Part shown: in pieces, positions 63,943-64,000 of the stretch
Layout of the letters: every line of letters starts with the position of its first letter
Position numbering within the stretch: position 1 is the stretch's first letter
NCBI GenBank assembly: GCA_950097015.1
Contig: CATNEN010000038.1
Location: 31,434,001-31,498,000 of the forward strand
From: Macrostomum hystrix
Taxonomy: Eukaryota > Animalia > Platyhelminthes
Length of the DNA stretch: 64,000 nucleotides
Reading direction: 5' to 3'
Translations under genes and position numbers: made by a program
Notes under the pieces: model-generated
Databases searched by the model: none
Told to the model about the DNA's origin: nothing
Seen by the model: the letters and a program-made list of their open reading frames with translations, nothing else

Positions 63943-64000
63943 CTGTAAAAAGGATGGAATACAATTTCAGACCATTTCTCTTTTCTTTCAGAATCATGCA

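Overview
Eukaryotic (metazoan) genomic DNA with AT-rich intergenic regions, GC-richer exons and introns packed with mini/microsatellites. The style suggests a flatworm such as Macrostomum, but that is inference. Most long ORFs in the supplied track are tandem-repeat artefacts. Spliced genes reconstructed by hand: a divergent ionotropic glutamate receptor-like gene (-), a coiled-coil protein (-), WDR27 (+), two tandem two-exon prepropeptide genes (-), a single-pass membrane protein (+), a Cys-rich protein (-), ARL15 (-), UBL3 (-), a CDK4/6-like kinase (-) and the last exon of an AP-2 factor (-). Mobile DNA: a decayed Penelope-like retroelement with a minimal hammerhead ribozyme, an apparently intact EnSpm/CACTA-type transposon, two foldback elements with 9-bp TSDs, a truncated RTE-like LINE and two tRNA-derived SINE families. 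The top finding is the tandem gene pair at 22.5-24.2 kb, which the ORF track misses. Each encodes signal peptide + spacer + KR + a cyclic peptide (CRLYDHRACPLG / CRMYDHRACPVG) with an oxytocin/vasopressin-like CPxG tail, an enlarged ring and no neurophysin.
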